This document shows, one piece after another, positions 8,979 through 19,402 of a DNA stretch of 50,480 nt. The notes below the pieces were generated by a model. It had not been told where the DNA came from. It worked only from the letters and a program-made list of their open reading frames with translations, and made no database searches. The stretch's first letter is position 1; each line of letters starts with the position of its first letter. Source of the stretch: a virus (taxonomy: Duplodnaviria; Caudoviricetes); the IMG/VR virus record IMGVR_UViG_3300036794_000036, positions 1 through 50,480 of that record; one strand, 5' to 3'. A program made the translations under genes and the position numbers.

Positions 8979-11467
8979 TAGAAAATCTCGACCGTGTGGC
9001 TGATTTGGTTACGCAGGCCGTTGCGATCGATCGTCACGAGCGTTACGTAGTACGTGCCTTCCTGCGTATATGTGTGTTCGGTGATGAGTTGGTTGCCTGC
9101 TGTGAAGCTGCCGTCACCAAAGCTCCACTCGCGAGACGTGATAGCTCCGCTGCCTTGGGTTGATTCGTCAGTGAACTTGTAGGTCTTCACGGACTGAGCT
9201 TTGATCCCGAACTCGGCGGTTGGAGCAGTCTTGTCCGTCAGGCGTTCCTCTGGCCATACGAGGCGTCCCAGGCTCGCGTAGCGCGGGATGATCTTTGGCG
9301 TCTTGATGGTGGCGTTCTGGCGGAGTGCGCTTGCGCGTAGCTGTAGCTCCTTGCCACGAGGGGAGAGCAGGATGCCCTTGCGGTTGACATTCACGATCTC
9401 TCGGAAGTCCGTCCAGGGGGCGTAGTTACTGTTCCATGGGTCGCTCACGACTGATCTCGCGCTCCACTGCACCGAGCGCTCGAAGATCGAGATGTTGTCT
9501 ACCCACCAAGAGGAAGCGATCAAGGTTGGCTGTAGGATCTCCACGCGGTATTTGCCGGTCTGGACAATCTCGTTGGTTGGCAGGCGCAGCGTGACCTCTT
9601 GCCATTGGTTGGTTTCGAGTTCTGGCATCGGCAGCGGAATCACGGTTCCTTCTTCGCTAACGAGTTGCGCGTTGATGTTGCCAAGCATCTCCTGGTTGAA
9701 AGTCGTGAAGCCTTTGCTCGGGAAGAACGGTGGGTATTTGTGCGGGCCAGGGAATGACGGCGGGTGCTTGACTTCGACCGTTTCGACTGTGCGCGGTTCA
9801 CCCGCGAACCAGAGGAAGAAGCGGATCTCCGCCTGTGTGAAGTCGATGAACTCGATCAGGTCAGTCGTGATCCCAACGTTCTTTTCGGTGCCGTTGGTGT
9901 CTACGCGGAAGCTTTCGCCGCTGAGCGTACGCGACTTGTCGCGGGAGAGGACGATCCCTGCGGAACCGCTCGGGGTGATTTCGAATCCCTGATTCCAGAG
10001 TTCTTCATTGCCTGTGAAGTTAGCGAACAACTGAGCACCATCGACGGGCGTGAAGCTCGTGAGCGGCGTAGACTTGTATTCAGCGAAGACGACACTGCGC
10101 GGGCGGATGGAATGTACGTAGGCATCGTTGTCCGCCAGCAACGCTTTCCATCCCACGCGGCCCTGTCGTCGGCGGAAGACTCCATCGTCTTCGATCAGCG
10201 TTGAGTCGAAGATGGGTTCCTGCACAACCGACTTGTCTTTGTTGAGCGCGAAGATGCGCACACGGGCACCGGAATCTTCTAGTGAGCACACCATTAGGTA
10301 TTCGGAGTTGTTGTCCATGGCCGGGACTTTGGGGAAGATGTATCCAGGCAGCACCGAGTTGGTCATGATCAGCTTCGTTTTGCCTTCGCCCCATTTGAGA
10401 GTGAAGGTGATCCAACTCTGCTCGACTGGATTAGCTACCGGCAGGCGCTCCAGGTCTTTCATCTGCTCCAGGTGATCGAAGCGAGACATGGGCTGTTTGT
10501 CGAATTCACCCATGGTGCGAGGAACGAACTCTTCGGTCCCGAGATCCGGCTGCGGGTTGCCGTCTAGCTGAGACTGCGTAACCCCGATCAGATCAAGTTG
10601 AGTTTGGAAGATCAGAGGCTCCTCTCGCACGTAGAGAGTGACTTCGTTCTGGTGCGCCTGTGAACCTGGGTTGATGACGATACCGAACTCGGTATCGACG
10701 GGGCGCGGGTCGTTGTAGCCCGGCAGCAGGTTAGCCTTCCAGAGGATGCCCTGGTCGAGGACCGGACCATCCGTGACATCTCCGTTGAGAGGCGTCGGCT
10801 TGCGTAGCATGCCATTCCAGTTGTCGAAGTCCACCGTGGAGACGATCCATCCTGGTTTGCCTTCTGCGGGAGCGAGCTTGAGCTTCATACCCATGACGTA
10901 GACGGTGCCGGTTTTGCCCGTGTTGCAGACGAGCTTGAAGCGCACTCCGGTGATCGACGCGAGATTGATTTCGTTCTGCTGTAGGGCTGAGCGTTCAACG
11001 ATGAACTGACTATCCCCTTCGATGAGTGCTTTGAGGCTTTCTGTCAGCGATAGGACGGCTGTCAGTTTGGTGTTGGAGCAGTGGCCCTGTGAATCAGATG
11101 TGATTTCGACTTTGCTCTGCGCGATGTTGATGTCTTCCAGCGGGAATTTAGGAAGCGCAAACGTGAAGTGATCGCTGTCGGAGAACCCGGTGAGCAGATC
11201 GACAGGGCGGCTTGGCGTGACCGATTCCGATTCAGTGACGCCTTCGGCCAGTACGTCGAGCGCCGGATAGCGCGCAACGGCAGGGAGGTACCCGTAGGTG
11301 CCTACGGTCCAGTTCTCTCCTGAGGTCGGCACGAACGTGCGCAAGTCAACGTGACGCTGGAAGCCCAACTGTTCTTTGGTTTCCGGTTCGTAGGAGTCGT
11401 AGTACATCCACGCTCGCTCCGTGAACTCCTCAGTGAGAGGTACGTTTGATCGTTCGCGTTCAATCAT
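8978..11467 (-). CDS. tail/baseplate protein with C-terminal PKD domain
   Basis: PTAEF...FTDEST...WSFGDG...HTYTQEGTYYVTL; CBM-like segment ending WWVDNISI. Confidence 0.8.
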   Translation of the reverse strand: MIERERSNVPLTEEFTERAWMYYDSYEPETKEQLGFQRHVDLRTFVPTSGENWTVGTYGYLPAVARYPALDVLAEGVTESESVTPSRPVDLLTGFSDSDHFTFALPKFPLEDINIAQSKVEITSDSQGHCSNTKLTAVLSLTESLKALIEGDSQFIVERSALQQNEINLASITGVRFKLVCNTGKTGTVYVMGMKLKLAPAEGKPGWIVSTVDFDNWNGMLRKPTPLNGDVTDGPVLDQGILWKANLLPGYNDPRPVDTEFGIVINPGSQAHQNEVTLYVREEPLIFQTQLDLIGVTQSQLDGNPQPDLGTEEFVPRTMGEFDKQPMSRFDHLEQMKDLERLPVANPVEQSWITFTLKWGEGKTKLIMTNSVLPGYIFPKVPAMDNNSEYLMVCSLEDSGARVRIFALNKDKSVVQEPIFDSTLIEDDGVFRRRQGRVGWKALLADNDAYVHSIRPRSVVFAEYKSTPLTSFTPVDGAQLFANFTGNEELWNQGFEITPSGSAGIVLSRDKSRTLSGESFRVDTNGTEKNVGITTDLIEFIDFTQAEIRFFLWFAGEPRTVETVEVKHPPSFPGPHKYPPFFPSKGFTTFNQEMLGNINAQLVSEEGTVIPLPMPELETNQWQEVTLRLPTNEIVQTGKYRVEILQPTLIASSWWVDNISIFERSVQWSARSVVSDPWNSNYAPWTDFREIVNVNRKGILLSPRGKELQLRASALRQNATIKTPKIIPRYASLGRLVWPEERLTDKTAPTAEFGIKAQSVKTYKFTDESTQGSGAITSREWSFGDGSFTAGNQLITEHTYTQEGTYYVTLVTIDRNGLRNQISHTVEIF

Positions 11468-11478
11468 TTCATCAATCC

Positions 11479-13860
11479 TTAGTAACAGAACCAGACTGAT
11501 TCTTCACCGTACGTTACACCATCAAGTTCGACTGGGAAGGTTTCAACATTGAAGTCACTGCGTTCTGTGTTGGTGTCGTCGGTTCCGGCCTCCACGTAGA
11601 GGTCTGTGTCGGCTGAGACTGAGAACTGGCTGCGTAGGAACGCCAGTTCTTTGACCCCTGCGAAGTAGGCACGATCGTTTTCGAAGAGGGCGTTTAGTTC
11701 CTTGTATTCATGGCGGCAAGTGACCCAGAAATACATGACCGGAGTCGATTCATCCAGCACTACGGCCTGCCGATCAAGACCTGACACGGCGATGGTCGTG
11801 TTGTTGCGGAACTGCGGTTCACCCTCGACCGGATAGCTAGGTGCGTTGTTGGCGTTGGTGGCTGCGCGTGCTCCAAGGAGCGTGAGCGGGTTAGCTCGTG
11901 CAGCGGGCGGCTTGAGGTAGGTGTTGAGGGTGGTTTCGATGCGGCGCAGGGTTTCTGGATCGACACGGTTGGATGCTGGCGGGGCGATCGATGGGGTTGG
12001 CGTTGGGTGTTCCGGAGACGAAGGTCCTTGGATGAGGTCTTCGAGCAGGGGCTTGTACCCCAGTTCGAGCGCATCGTAGACAACCCCCACGCGCTTAGAC
12101 GTGAAGGTGGGAAGGGAAAGTTCTGCCAAGAACGGGGTAGCCACCCAGTCAGGGAAGAGTTTGTAGCTCGTCGGCTTCTGATAGTCGCCCGGTTCGTACG
12201 GCTTTGCCTGTAGATGGCTGAACTCGATCTTGATGAACTTGGCCGTGATCGGTTCGGGGAGCACATAGGTCGTCTTGACGGACGTGACATAGGACTGTGG
12301 GACGTGAACCCAGAGCTTCTGTTCCCACTCTTCTTCCGTCATCTCTGCGCCTTCTGTGGTTCCGGTCAGATCGTTGGTGTAGTAGATGTTGAAGGCTACG
12401 CCTGGCGTGATCGGATCGAGGATCACGCTGTCAATAACGACTGGCTCATCCGAGAGCGCAGGTTCGGTGAGTTCAACGGAGCCTGAGCGTCCCCGCTGGT
12501 TTTCCCACTTGACGCTAGGGCTGTCGCCATCGATGTAAGCGGCGGCTTTCGTTCCAGCGTTCGTCATCGCACCATCGATGTAGAAGGTGCGTTCTGCTGT
12601 TTCATTCGCGAGGGTGCGTACGGTCACGGTGGTTGTGCCGCTCGCGATCGGCGTCAGCGTCACGGAGAAGCGCTGCCATTCGGTACCGATCGTGACGACT
12701 TCTTCGGCTTTGCCCACTGTTGCGTCACCGATTTCTATCACCACGGGGAATTTTCCCACGTTGCTGCGAACCCAGATGGAGAAGGTGATCGGTTTGGCGA
12801 GTCCTACGGCGACCTGAGCGTATGTGCCTTCCGGTTCGTGGTAGCGACCTTTGACGTGGGCGACCGTTTTGACTTCAAGTGAATTCAGACCGCGCGCTGC
12901 TTCGATCGAGTTGACGACCTTGATGGCTGCTTGTGATTCTAGGGTGTCGAAGGACAGGATGGCGGGGAGTTTCTGTCGAGCTTTGAAGCTGACTTCTCCT
13001 TCTTTGCCGATCACGATTTCTTTGGCTGGCAGTGGCGGGGTGCCTTCTGCTTCATCGAACTTGGAGAGCGCCTGCCACCCAAACGGTTCCTTGCCCACCA
13101 CGTCGTACTCAAAGCTTGGGTTGAGCAGCGTGTTGATGACGCCATAGATGGGTGTTGTAGGAAAGATCCGCAGATCGGAGTAGTGGCTGGTCACCGCGAA
13201 CTTGGATGGCTGCGGTGCTGAGAGCCAGAAGCCGGTGTTGGTGTTACCGCCGACCGGAGCCTGCGCACTGGAGTGAATCGCCACTGATCGGTAGGGATCG
13301 CCCAGGAAGTCTGTGCCGCTGTCTGCGATGAGGCCGAGGAGTCGGAAAGCAAACGACGCGGGAGGCGCGAGAAGGGCCTTCCCGTCGCTCTGGAGGGCTT
13401 CTACGAACCCTGGCAGCGGGTTGGGCTGTGCGTAGTAGACCTTCTCGATCCCGGACACGATCTGGAAGCCGATGCGTAGCTCAGAGACGTTAGTGGTCAT
13501 GCTTACATCGACTGGGATTTCCTGGCCCAGGATGACATCGATCCAGACTCGTTCTCCTTCGGCCTGCGCACCCGTCACTGTGCCTTTGGCAAGGACCTCC
13601 CAGGTGGAGTTGCCGAAGTTGTGCTGTTCGACGGTGTAGTTCAACGTAGCCGTGGCTGCGGCTTCATCTGCGACTGCGGATAGAAGCTGGAACCCAGAGA
13701 TACCAGGGAAACGCGTTTGGCCAGATTTGACACCGCGCAGATAGTCTTCTGGCAGGCGAAACTCCTGGTAGTAGAAGCCGTTACCGGGCGTAAAGGATGC
13801 TGTGACGACATTCTGGTCAATCACAACACCACTGTATTCGGCGCATACGTTATTGGACAT
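11479..13860 (-). CDS. tail/baseplate protein with carbohydrate-binding (CBM4/9-like) insert
   Basis: NTLLNPSFE...TFSIWVRS...EWQRFSVT...FYIDGAM. Confidence 0.75.
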   Translation of the reverse strand: MSNNVCAEYSGVVIDQNVVTASFTPGNGFYYQEFRLPEDYLRGVKSGQTRFPGISGFQLLSAVADEAAATATLNYTVEQHNFGNSTWEVLAKGTVTGAQAEGERVWIDVILGQEIPVDVSMTTNVSELRIGFQIVSGIEKVYYAQPNPLPGFVEALQSDGKALLAPPASFAFRLLGLIADSGTDFLGDPYRSVAIHSSAQAPVGGNTNTGFWLSAPQPSKFAVTSHYSDLRIFPTTPIYGVINTLLNPSFEYDVVGKEPFGWQALSKFDEAEGTPPLPAKEIVIGKEGEVSFKARQKLPAILSFDTLESQAAIKVVNSIEAARGLNSLEVKTVAHVKGRYHEPEGTYAQVAVGLAKPITFSIWVRSNVGKFPVVIEIGDATVGKAEEVVTIGTEWQRFSVTLTPIASGTTTVTVRTLANETAERTFYIDGAMTNAGTKAAAYIDGDSPSVKWENQRGRSGSVELTEPALSDEPVVIDSVILDPITPGVAFNIYYTNDLTGTTEGAEMTEEEWEQKLWVHVPQSYVTSVKTTYVLPEPITAKFIKIEFSHLQAKPYEPGDYQKPTSYKLFPDWVATPFLAELSLPTFTSKRVGVVYDALELGYKPLLEDLIQGPSSPEHPTPTPSIAPPASNRVDPETLRRIETTLNTYLKPPAARANPLTLLGARAATNANNAPSYPVEGEPQFRNNTTIAVSGLDRQAVVLDESTPVMYFWVTCRHEYKELNALFENDRAYFAGVKELAFLRSQFSVSADTDLYVEAGTDDTNTERSDFNVETFPVELDGVTYGEESVWFCY

Positions 13861-13893
13861 CATTTATTACTGCGTCGGAGTCTTCTGTGAGGG

Positions 13894-13902
13894 TGCTATA
13901 CT
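13894..13902 (+). promoter_or_regulatory. extended -10 promoter, leaderless (TGcTATACT-N7-ATG)
   Basis: The hexamer ends 7 nt before ATG 13910; no SD sequence. Confidence 0.55.
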
Positions 13903-13909
13903 CTCTGGC

Positions 13910-14065
13910 ATGAAGATTTCATATTCCAATTGTATTGAGGATCAAGTGGTTCGCTATTACTCTTCGTGTCGAACTCAGTATGAGAAGCATAAATTGGCAC
14001 AAAGGCTGAATATCGATTCTATATCTAGACTTTATAATTTGGCCTCGCGCCTAAAGGCTCACTAA
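13910..14065 (+). CDS. small AT-rich antisense ORF (51 aa, HTH-like)
   Basis: Exactly fills the gap between two minus-strand genes and has its own -10 element. Confidence 0.5.
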   Translation: MKISYSNCIEDQVVRYYSSCRTQYEKHKLAQRLNIDSISRLYNLASRLKAH

Positions 14066-16023
14066 GGCGCAACATTACGGCCGATACGTAGGTTACGCAC
14101 CTCGGCGCTATACGGGAACGGCAACCCTTCTGGTGGGCGAGTGAACTCCAAGCGAATGAAGCGCGTGTAGATCATGGCGTTCAGCGATGTGCTGACGTTC
14201 ATGGCGATGAGTGACCACTGGTTGGTGTTCTTGGCTTCGTAAGACGTGCTCTGCGTAGACGGCGCTTCGCGTTCGTTGACCAGGGTGACAGGGATAAAGC
14301 GTCGAGCCGGGGCAGCATCGAGCAGGTCGTAGCTGACGGCGATCTTGAATGGCTTCTGTGACGATTCGAACGATAGGAAGTTGATCGCTTGTACGGTACC
14401 CAGGTCGATCTCCAGGAAGTCCGACCCTTCTAGGCGCTCTAGGGATGACCAGAACGGAGCCGTTTCAGATGGCGCTCCGGGGATCTGAGCAAGGTTCTGA
14501 TAGACGGCCGGGTAGATGTAGTTCACGAGTGGTTCTGGACCCACCTTGGTGGTGAGCGGTTCGGGCGGATTCACTGTCGCGTCGATGGCTTTGAATTCCT
14601 CTCGTGGATTTTTGAAGGTCCCCAGGAATGGATACTGCGCCTGTTGCGCAGCAGAGTAGATGCCAATGTGTTCGTCTTTGTAGTTTTCGAGTTCCCCCAG
14701 GTGTTCTGCGCCTACTTCTGTGTAGGCTACGGCCGCAGCGACGTTATGGAAGTTGACATAGTTCGCGTGCTGACCGTTGATCGCTACGGGAGCCTCGTTC
14801 TCGATGCCTGGCTCGATCCATGTGGTCGCGCTGACGGGAGGCCACGGCAGACCGCGCTTACCCGTCACGTATCTCAGGACTTCGATGAATTCTGAGTCCG
14901 CGAACGTCGCGTTAGGGATCTGGCGCTTGGTCAGCCCAGGAGCTTTGCCCGGTGTAAGGATGCAGGTGACTGGCTTGATGTTGCCGATGGCTGTCTGGGC
15001 GAAATACCAGTCTTCAGTCGGGATGACGGCTTCCTCGCCATCGGCAGACACGCCGACTTGATCAACAGCTACTTCGATCTCGATCAAGTGGCTTTCGTTG
15101 TCGGCGAGCGAGTTCTGCGTGATGAGGAACTGAGGCATCGGGCGATCTGCCAGTTCGTTGGTAAAGCTGATGACGAGCGCGTTGCCAGGGAAGGGGCCAC
15201 CCTTTACTGACACGTTGCGTTCGCCGATCACCGGGAGCGCTTCGAGGGCTCGTGTCAGTTCTTCGAAGTCCAGATCGAACGGCAGGGCGTACGTGGTAGT
15301 GGTGTTCTGGATTTCTTCGTTCTTCCTACCAGGACCCAGCGGCATCGTGAGCTTGAAGGTTCCCGTGATGGCGTTGCCTTCCTCAATAGAGATCGTCTGC
15401 TGGGCGCTCTGTGGGTGTTCCTGACGGGGGAGAAGGATGGCCTCCTCGGTCGATTTGGTCAGGCCGATGAACTCCAAGCCCAGCGGATCATCCGAGAAGC
15501 CGTCGTAGAGCGCGTGGTAGTTCTCGATGATTTCGACTGAGCGGTTGAGCGCCGACTTGGCAGCGAGGGTGATACCGAGCAGTGTGCCTCCTGCCCGCAC
15601 AGCCTTGAGGTAGTTGATTGCGCGATTCTTGTAAGACGAGTCCGATTCCTGGATTTTCTCCCATTGTTCGTTGCTCAGGAGTCCTTCGGTGTCATCGGTG
15701 TATGTCTCGAACGCCAGGCGCGCGAAGGAGAACGGTTCTGCGTAGAAGGCGTCGAGTTCGGTGGTACGCAGTCCGTTAGCTTCGATGTTCAGGCGAGCTT
15801 CGAGGAAGTTCTGCTTGAGGGTACCCACGCCAGCCGGTCCAAGCAACGTGTACATGAGCGCGACTAGGTTTGAGTCGAGCGACTTGTTGTACAGCGTTTC
15901 CGGGAAGGCATCGAGGTAGCTGACTGGATGTTTCGGACCACCTAGCGGCTCGATAAAAACCTGCTGGTTGATAACAGTCGTGATGTCTGGAGTTTCGACC
16001 GTTGTACCGAGAGATTCACTCAT
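14062..16023 (-). CDS. baseplate wedge protein (gpI-like) with accessory domains
   Basis: Directly downstream of baseplate J; SYKNRAINYLKAVRAGGTLLGI motif; discoidin-like FLEIDLG...RFIRLEF. Confidence 0.7.
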   Translation of the reverse strand: MSESLGTTVETPDITTVINQQVFIEPLGGPKHPVSYLDAFPETLYNKSLDSNLVALMYTLLGPAGVGTLKQNFLEARLNIEANGLRTTELDAFYAEPFSFARLAFETYTDDTEGLLSNEQWEKIQESDSSYKNRAINYLKAVRAGGTLLGITLAAKSALNRSVEIIENYHALYDGFSDDPLGLEFIGLTKSTEEAILLPRQEHPQSAQQTISIEEGNAITGTFKLTMPLGPGRKNEEIQNTTTTYALPFDLDFEELTRALEALPVIGERNVSVKGGPFPGNALVISFTNELADRPMPQFLITQNSLADNESHLIEIEVAVDQVGVSADGEEAVIPTEDWYFAQTAIGNIKPVTCILTPGKAPGLTKRQIPNATFADSEFIEVLRYVTGKRGLPWPPVSATTWIEPGIENEAPVAINGQHANYVNFHNVAAAVAYTEVGAEHLGELENYKDEHIGIYSAAQQAQYPFLGTFKNPREEFKAIDATVNPPEPLTTKVGPEPLVNYIYPAVYQNLAQIPGAPSETAPFWSSLERLEGSDFLEIDLGTVQAINFLSFESSQKPFKIAVSYDLLDAAPARRFIPVTLVNEREAPSTQSTSYEAKNTNQWSLIAMNVSTSLNAMIYTRFIRLEFTRPPEGLPFPYSAEVRNLRIGRNVAP

Positions 16024-16025
16024 GC

Positions 16026-18707
16026 CTAAGCCTTTCCCCAGACATTCTCTGCGCGCGCCTTGATGATCAGGCCAGGGACAGTATCTCCTTCCTGCAACCC
16101 GGTCGGCAGAGCGGGCAACTCGTCATCGCGCAGGAAGAAGTCAGAGTCGAATGTGTATTCTCCGCCAGCGAGGGATTTGTCCAACGGAACGGCAGGATAG
16201 AATACGGTCGGGAGTGTCTTTTTGCCTGCAGCTTGGTATTCTATGCGGAAGGATCTGATTGGTTCGGTGACGTTCGTGAACGACCTATCGTCTTCACTTA
16301 CCTCGACAGTTGCAGCGCCCAGGACTTTGTTGATCTGTTCCTCCAAGATGGCAGCGGTTGTGCCTTCTTCGATCGGCATGATTTCTTCTGTTCTTTCGGA
16401 ACCCCCGGTTCCATACACGAGTTGGTATGCGCCGCGTTCTGGTTTACCCACAACGTACAGAGCTTGGATCTCTTTTTCGCCTTTGATGCCCCATCGGACG
16501 CGATCGAGGAAGACACCCTCAAGCGGCTTGCCGTGGATGTCCGTCTGCCACACTCGGATGAGGTTCGGATCGTTTGGAACATCGTTGGACCAACGTACGT
16601 TCTGGACACCTGCGACGTTGTGGATCTGCGCGAGTAGATCGGAGAGGCGAATGACGCTGCCGAAGAACTGGTCAGCGAAAAAGGTTTCGATGGCTTCGTG
16701 GATCGCGTTGTTCACCGTGGACGGTGTGGCTTGCGGTGCGTACACCACGGTGATGTCGAGCTTGAAGTAGCGGATGCGCGCCTTGTGTGCGAGCACGTCC
16801 GTGGTGATCTGTCGGCTGGCCTCTAGGGCTGCTTGCAGGTCTTCGATGTTCTGGTCATAGAAATATGGTTCAACTTCGATCGTCGTGGGGCTTTCCTGTT
16901 CGCTGAATCGGACGCCTGTGTATTCGGGCTCTGGTTTCTCTGGGGTCGGAACGCCTTCTTCTGGTCCGCCCAGGTCGGCGGGGATCGTTGCGCTCCACTC
17001 GATACCGTCTCGTGCTCGGATCGTGCCGCCGTAACCCGAAGTATCGTGGATGAGCCAGTAGTGAGTGCCCCTGTAGTATTTGCTCGTGCCGATCGTGATC
17101 TGTGCCGGGATGCCGAGGATCGGTGGTGAGAAGAGCGTTGTGAGGATGTTGCCTTCGAGCGGGCGCTTAGTCGGTTCTCCGTCGCGACGGTAGTTCTCGT
17201 AGTAGTACATGCTCGTCGGGTTATCCACAAACGCCTGCGAGTTCCCCGCCAGCGGCGCGGTGAAGATCGTGGAAGTTGCCTGTTCGTTGGTACCGTCAAT
17301 GTAAACGTCTACGGCATTCGTGACGTTGTGCAAGATGCTGTTACGGGATGCCGATGACGTGTAGGCGTATTCGAAGAGCACAACGTCGTTCGGCGACAGA
17401 GCCTTGATCGCTTCTTCGCTACCCAGGTAAACGTTGATGAAGGTGACGTTAGGCTGGTTCTTGCCGGTGATGTTAGTACGCGGATCTACCCCTACACCAT
17501 CGATCATCGCGCGCAGTGTGTCACCCTGTAGCAGCGGCGGATAGTTGAAGATGAAGTCCACGTCTTCGCGGAAGAAGAATTTGCTGATCCCCGACGTGAT
17601 GTCCGAGACAAAGACGGGCAGCCCTTTCCAGACTTCCTTCGCAAATGGGTTGGTGGAGAGGGCGGTCGTCCACTTGTTGACGAGTGTTTCGTAGTACGGT
17701 TTCCATTCGCCCACGAAGACCCATCCATCCACTACGGCGCTGGTGAGCGGTTTGGAGATGACGATTTCCGTAGGAGATGCGATCGAGACAACAGTACCGG
17801 ATGCAGCTAGGGTCGGGCTGTCTTCTGATTTGAAGACCTCAACGGGATCGCCTGCTTTGATCCCGATGGTGGACGGGATTGTGACGACATCACTCGTGTT
17901 AGCACCTGAGCCACGTACCATGAGTGGGTACGGGTATCCGAAGTAGGATTCTCCTCCGCCGAAGGGGTAGGATGTCTGGTCATCGCCGACCGGGACCTGG
18001 ACATACTCTTGGTATTTGGAGATTGGCCCGATAACGTTGGCCTTGGTGCTGAAGGCGGTGGCTATGCAGAGCGCTAGGAACTGATCTTCGGTACCCGCGA
18101 GGTTACGGAAGACGGTGTTCTTGAATCGGGTCTTGAGGCTGTTGTCGTCTTCCTGGTCGTTTCCGCCTTCGGTGGCAGCGGGGTTGGTGACGGTCGTGAT
18201 GCCCAGGACTGGAGCAAACGACATGATCGTGACTGCTTCGGCCGGTACGTTACCGATTGACCCTGGCGCTTTCGCCTTGATGGGCACGAGTCCGGTTTCA
18301 GATTCACCAATGTGCAACGTGACCGTGGAAGTCGTGACGAATTCGGGCAGGATGCCATCGGTTGCTGTCGAGATGTGGGACTTCAGGATCACTCCGGCCG
18401 GGATGACGATGTTGGCGGTCGCGGGCGTGTTGCGTTGGAACTTGACGAAGCCTGTGGCGAGCGTGGCCTTCTGTCGTTCGAATCCAAAGAGCGACATGAA
18501 GTTAGTGAGGTTCGAGCCGAACTTGCTATCGACGTTGAGGGCTTCCCGGAGCCCTATGAGGTCAATAGAGTTTTCAGCGATGGCTCCCGACACCGTATCG
18601 AATACAAGGCGCTCGGGTGTTCCTACTTCGGCAGAGATCGTTGGCTTGAGCAAACGAATCTGAGCAACCATCTGTTCTGCTATCTGGGTCTGTGTAAGTA
18701 CTGGCAT
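16026..18707 (-). CDS. baseplate J-like protein (enlarged)
   Basis: FGFERQKATLATGFVKF, GSIGNVPAEAVT, VTNPAATEGGNDQEDDNSLKTR. Confidence 0.9.
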   Translation of the reverse strand: MPVLTQTQIAEQMVAQIRLLKPTISAEVGTPERLVFDTVSGAIAENSIDLIGLREALNVDSKFGSNLTNFMSLFGFERQKATLATGFVKFQRNTPATANIVIPAGVILKSHISTATDGILPEFVTTSTVTLHIGESETGLVPIKAKAPGSIGNVPAEAVTIMSFAPVLGITTVTNPAATEGGNDQEDDNSLKTRFKNTVFRNLAGTEDQFLALCIATAFSTKANVIGPISKYQEYVQVPVGDDQTSYPFGGGESYFGYPYPLMVRGSGANTSDVVTIPSTIGIKAGDPVEVFKSEDSPTLAASGTVVSIASPTEIVISKPLTSAVVDGWVFVGEWKPYYETLVNKWTTALSTNPFAKEVWKGLPVFVSDITSGISKFFFREDVDFIFNYPPLLQGDTLRAMIDGVGVDPRTNITGKNQPNVTFINVYLGSEEAIKALSPNDVVLFEYAYTSSASRNSILHNVTNAVDVYIDGTNEQATSTIFTAPLAGNSQAFVDNPTSMYYYENYRRDGEPTKRPLEGNILTTLFSPPILGIPAQITIGTSKYYRGTHYWLIHDTSGYGGTIRARDGIEWSATIPADLGGPEEGVPTPEKPEPEYTGVRFSEQESPTTIEVEPYFYDQNIEDLQAALEASRQITTDVLAHKARIRYFKLDITVVYAPQATPSTVNNAIHEAIETFFADQFFGSVIRLSDLLAQIHNVAGVQNVRWSNDVPNDPNLIRVWQTDIHGKPLEGVFLDRVRWGIKGEKEIQALYVVGKPERGAYQLVYGTGGSERTEEIMPIEEGTTAAILEEQINKVLGAATVEVSEDDRSFTNVTEPIRSFRIEYQAAGKKTLPTVFYPAVPLDKSLAGGEYTFDSDFFLRDDELPALPTGLQEGDTVPGLIIKARAENVWGKA

Positions 18708-19159
18708 TAGGCGCTTACCGGAATACTGATTTCGAGGAGGTCGTTGCCGATTTCAAGCATGAGCTTGCAGAGCAGGTGATCTTCGGCAGAGACGAAGTTG
18801 AGGCTGACGACTCGAAGCAAGACCTCGCCAGGGGTAAGTGTCGGCTTGCCGAATTTGATCGCGTCATCTTCATTGCGGGCGATCTGCTGAGCCTGGTAGT
18901 TCTGGCAGATACGCAGTAGCTCGGAACGCACAACAGCGGCGGCATGCTCGAAGTCTCGGGTGCCGATCACGGTGGTTTCTGGATTGATCAGATCTTCCTC
19001 CAGGATCGATCCGAATTCGGGGTGCAGTTCCTCGAACCCGAGTGGCGTCAGAATGGCACACACAAGGTCTTGCTGTAGCTTTGCAGCATTTACAACAGTT
19101 CCAAGTGATGTTCCGCTCAGGCCAAGATCCCCGTTTTTGAGTTCGAGTGAGAAGCTCAT
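18707..19159 (-). CDS. baseplate wedge gp25/gpW-like (sheath initiator)
   Basis: NGDL...KLQQDL...TPLG...HPEFGS; immediately upstream of J. Confidence 0.8.
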   Translation of the reverse strand: MSFSLELKNGDLGLSGTSLGTVVNAAKLQQDLVCAILTPLGFEELHPEFGSILEEDLINPETTVIGTRDFEHAAAVVRSELLRICQNYQAQQIARNEDDAIKFGKPTLTPGEVLLRVVSLNFVSAEDHLLCKLMLEIGNDLLEISIPVSA

Positions 19160-19186
19160 CTTCTATTATCGCATCGTAATACTCTA

Positions 19187-19402
19187 TTACCCAATCGGGA
19201 CTTCGGTTACCGTCAACAATTCCCAGCCTGCGGTCCAATGACATTCGCATGTTGTTCCCGCAGGAGCCAATACCGTGATAGTGCCTTCCACCGAGTTTTC
19301 TTCAAAACCGCCCAAGGCTTTATTGAAAACACCAAATTTGCCAGCTTCCTCCCCTTCGATACTTACGGTGGCGGAACCATCAAGATAACGGGGATCGGGC
19401 AT
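19187..19402 (-). CDS. small beta-rich ORF, possibly the C-terminal half of the upstream spike/fibre domain
   Basis: TAATG overlap with the upstream ORF; GTITVLAPAGTT motif. Confidence 0.5.
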   Translation of the reverse strand: MPDPRYLDGSATVSIEGEEAGKFGVFNKALGGFEENSVEGTITVLAPAGTTCECHWTAGWELLTVTEVPIG

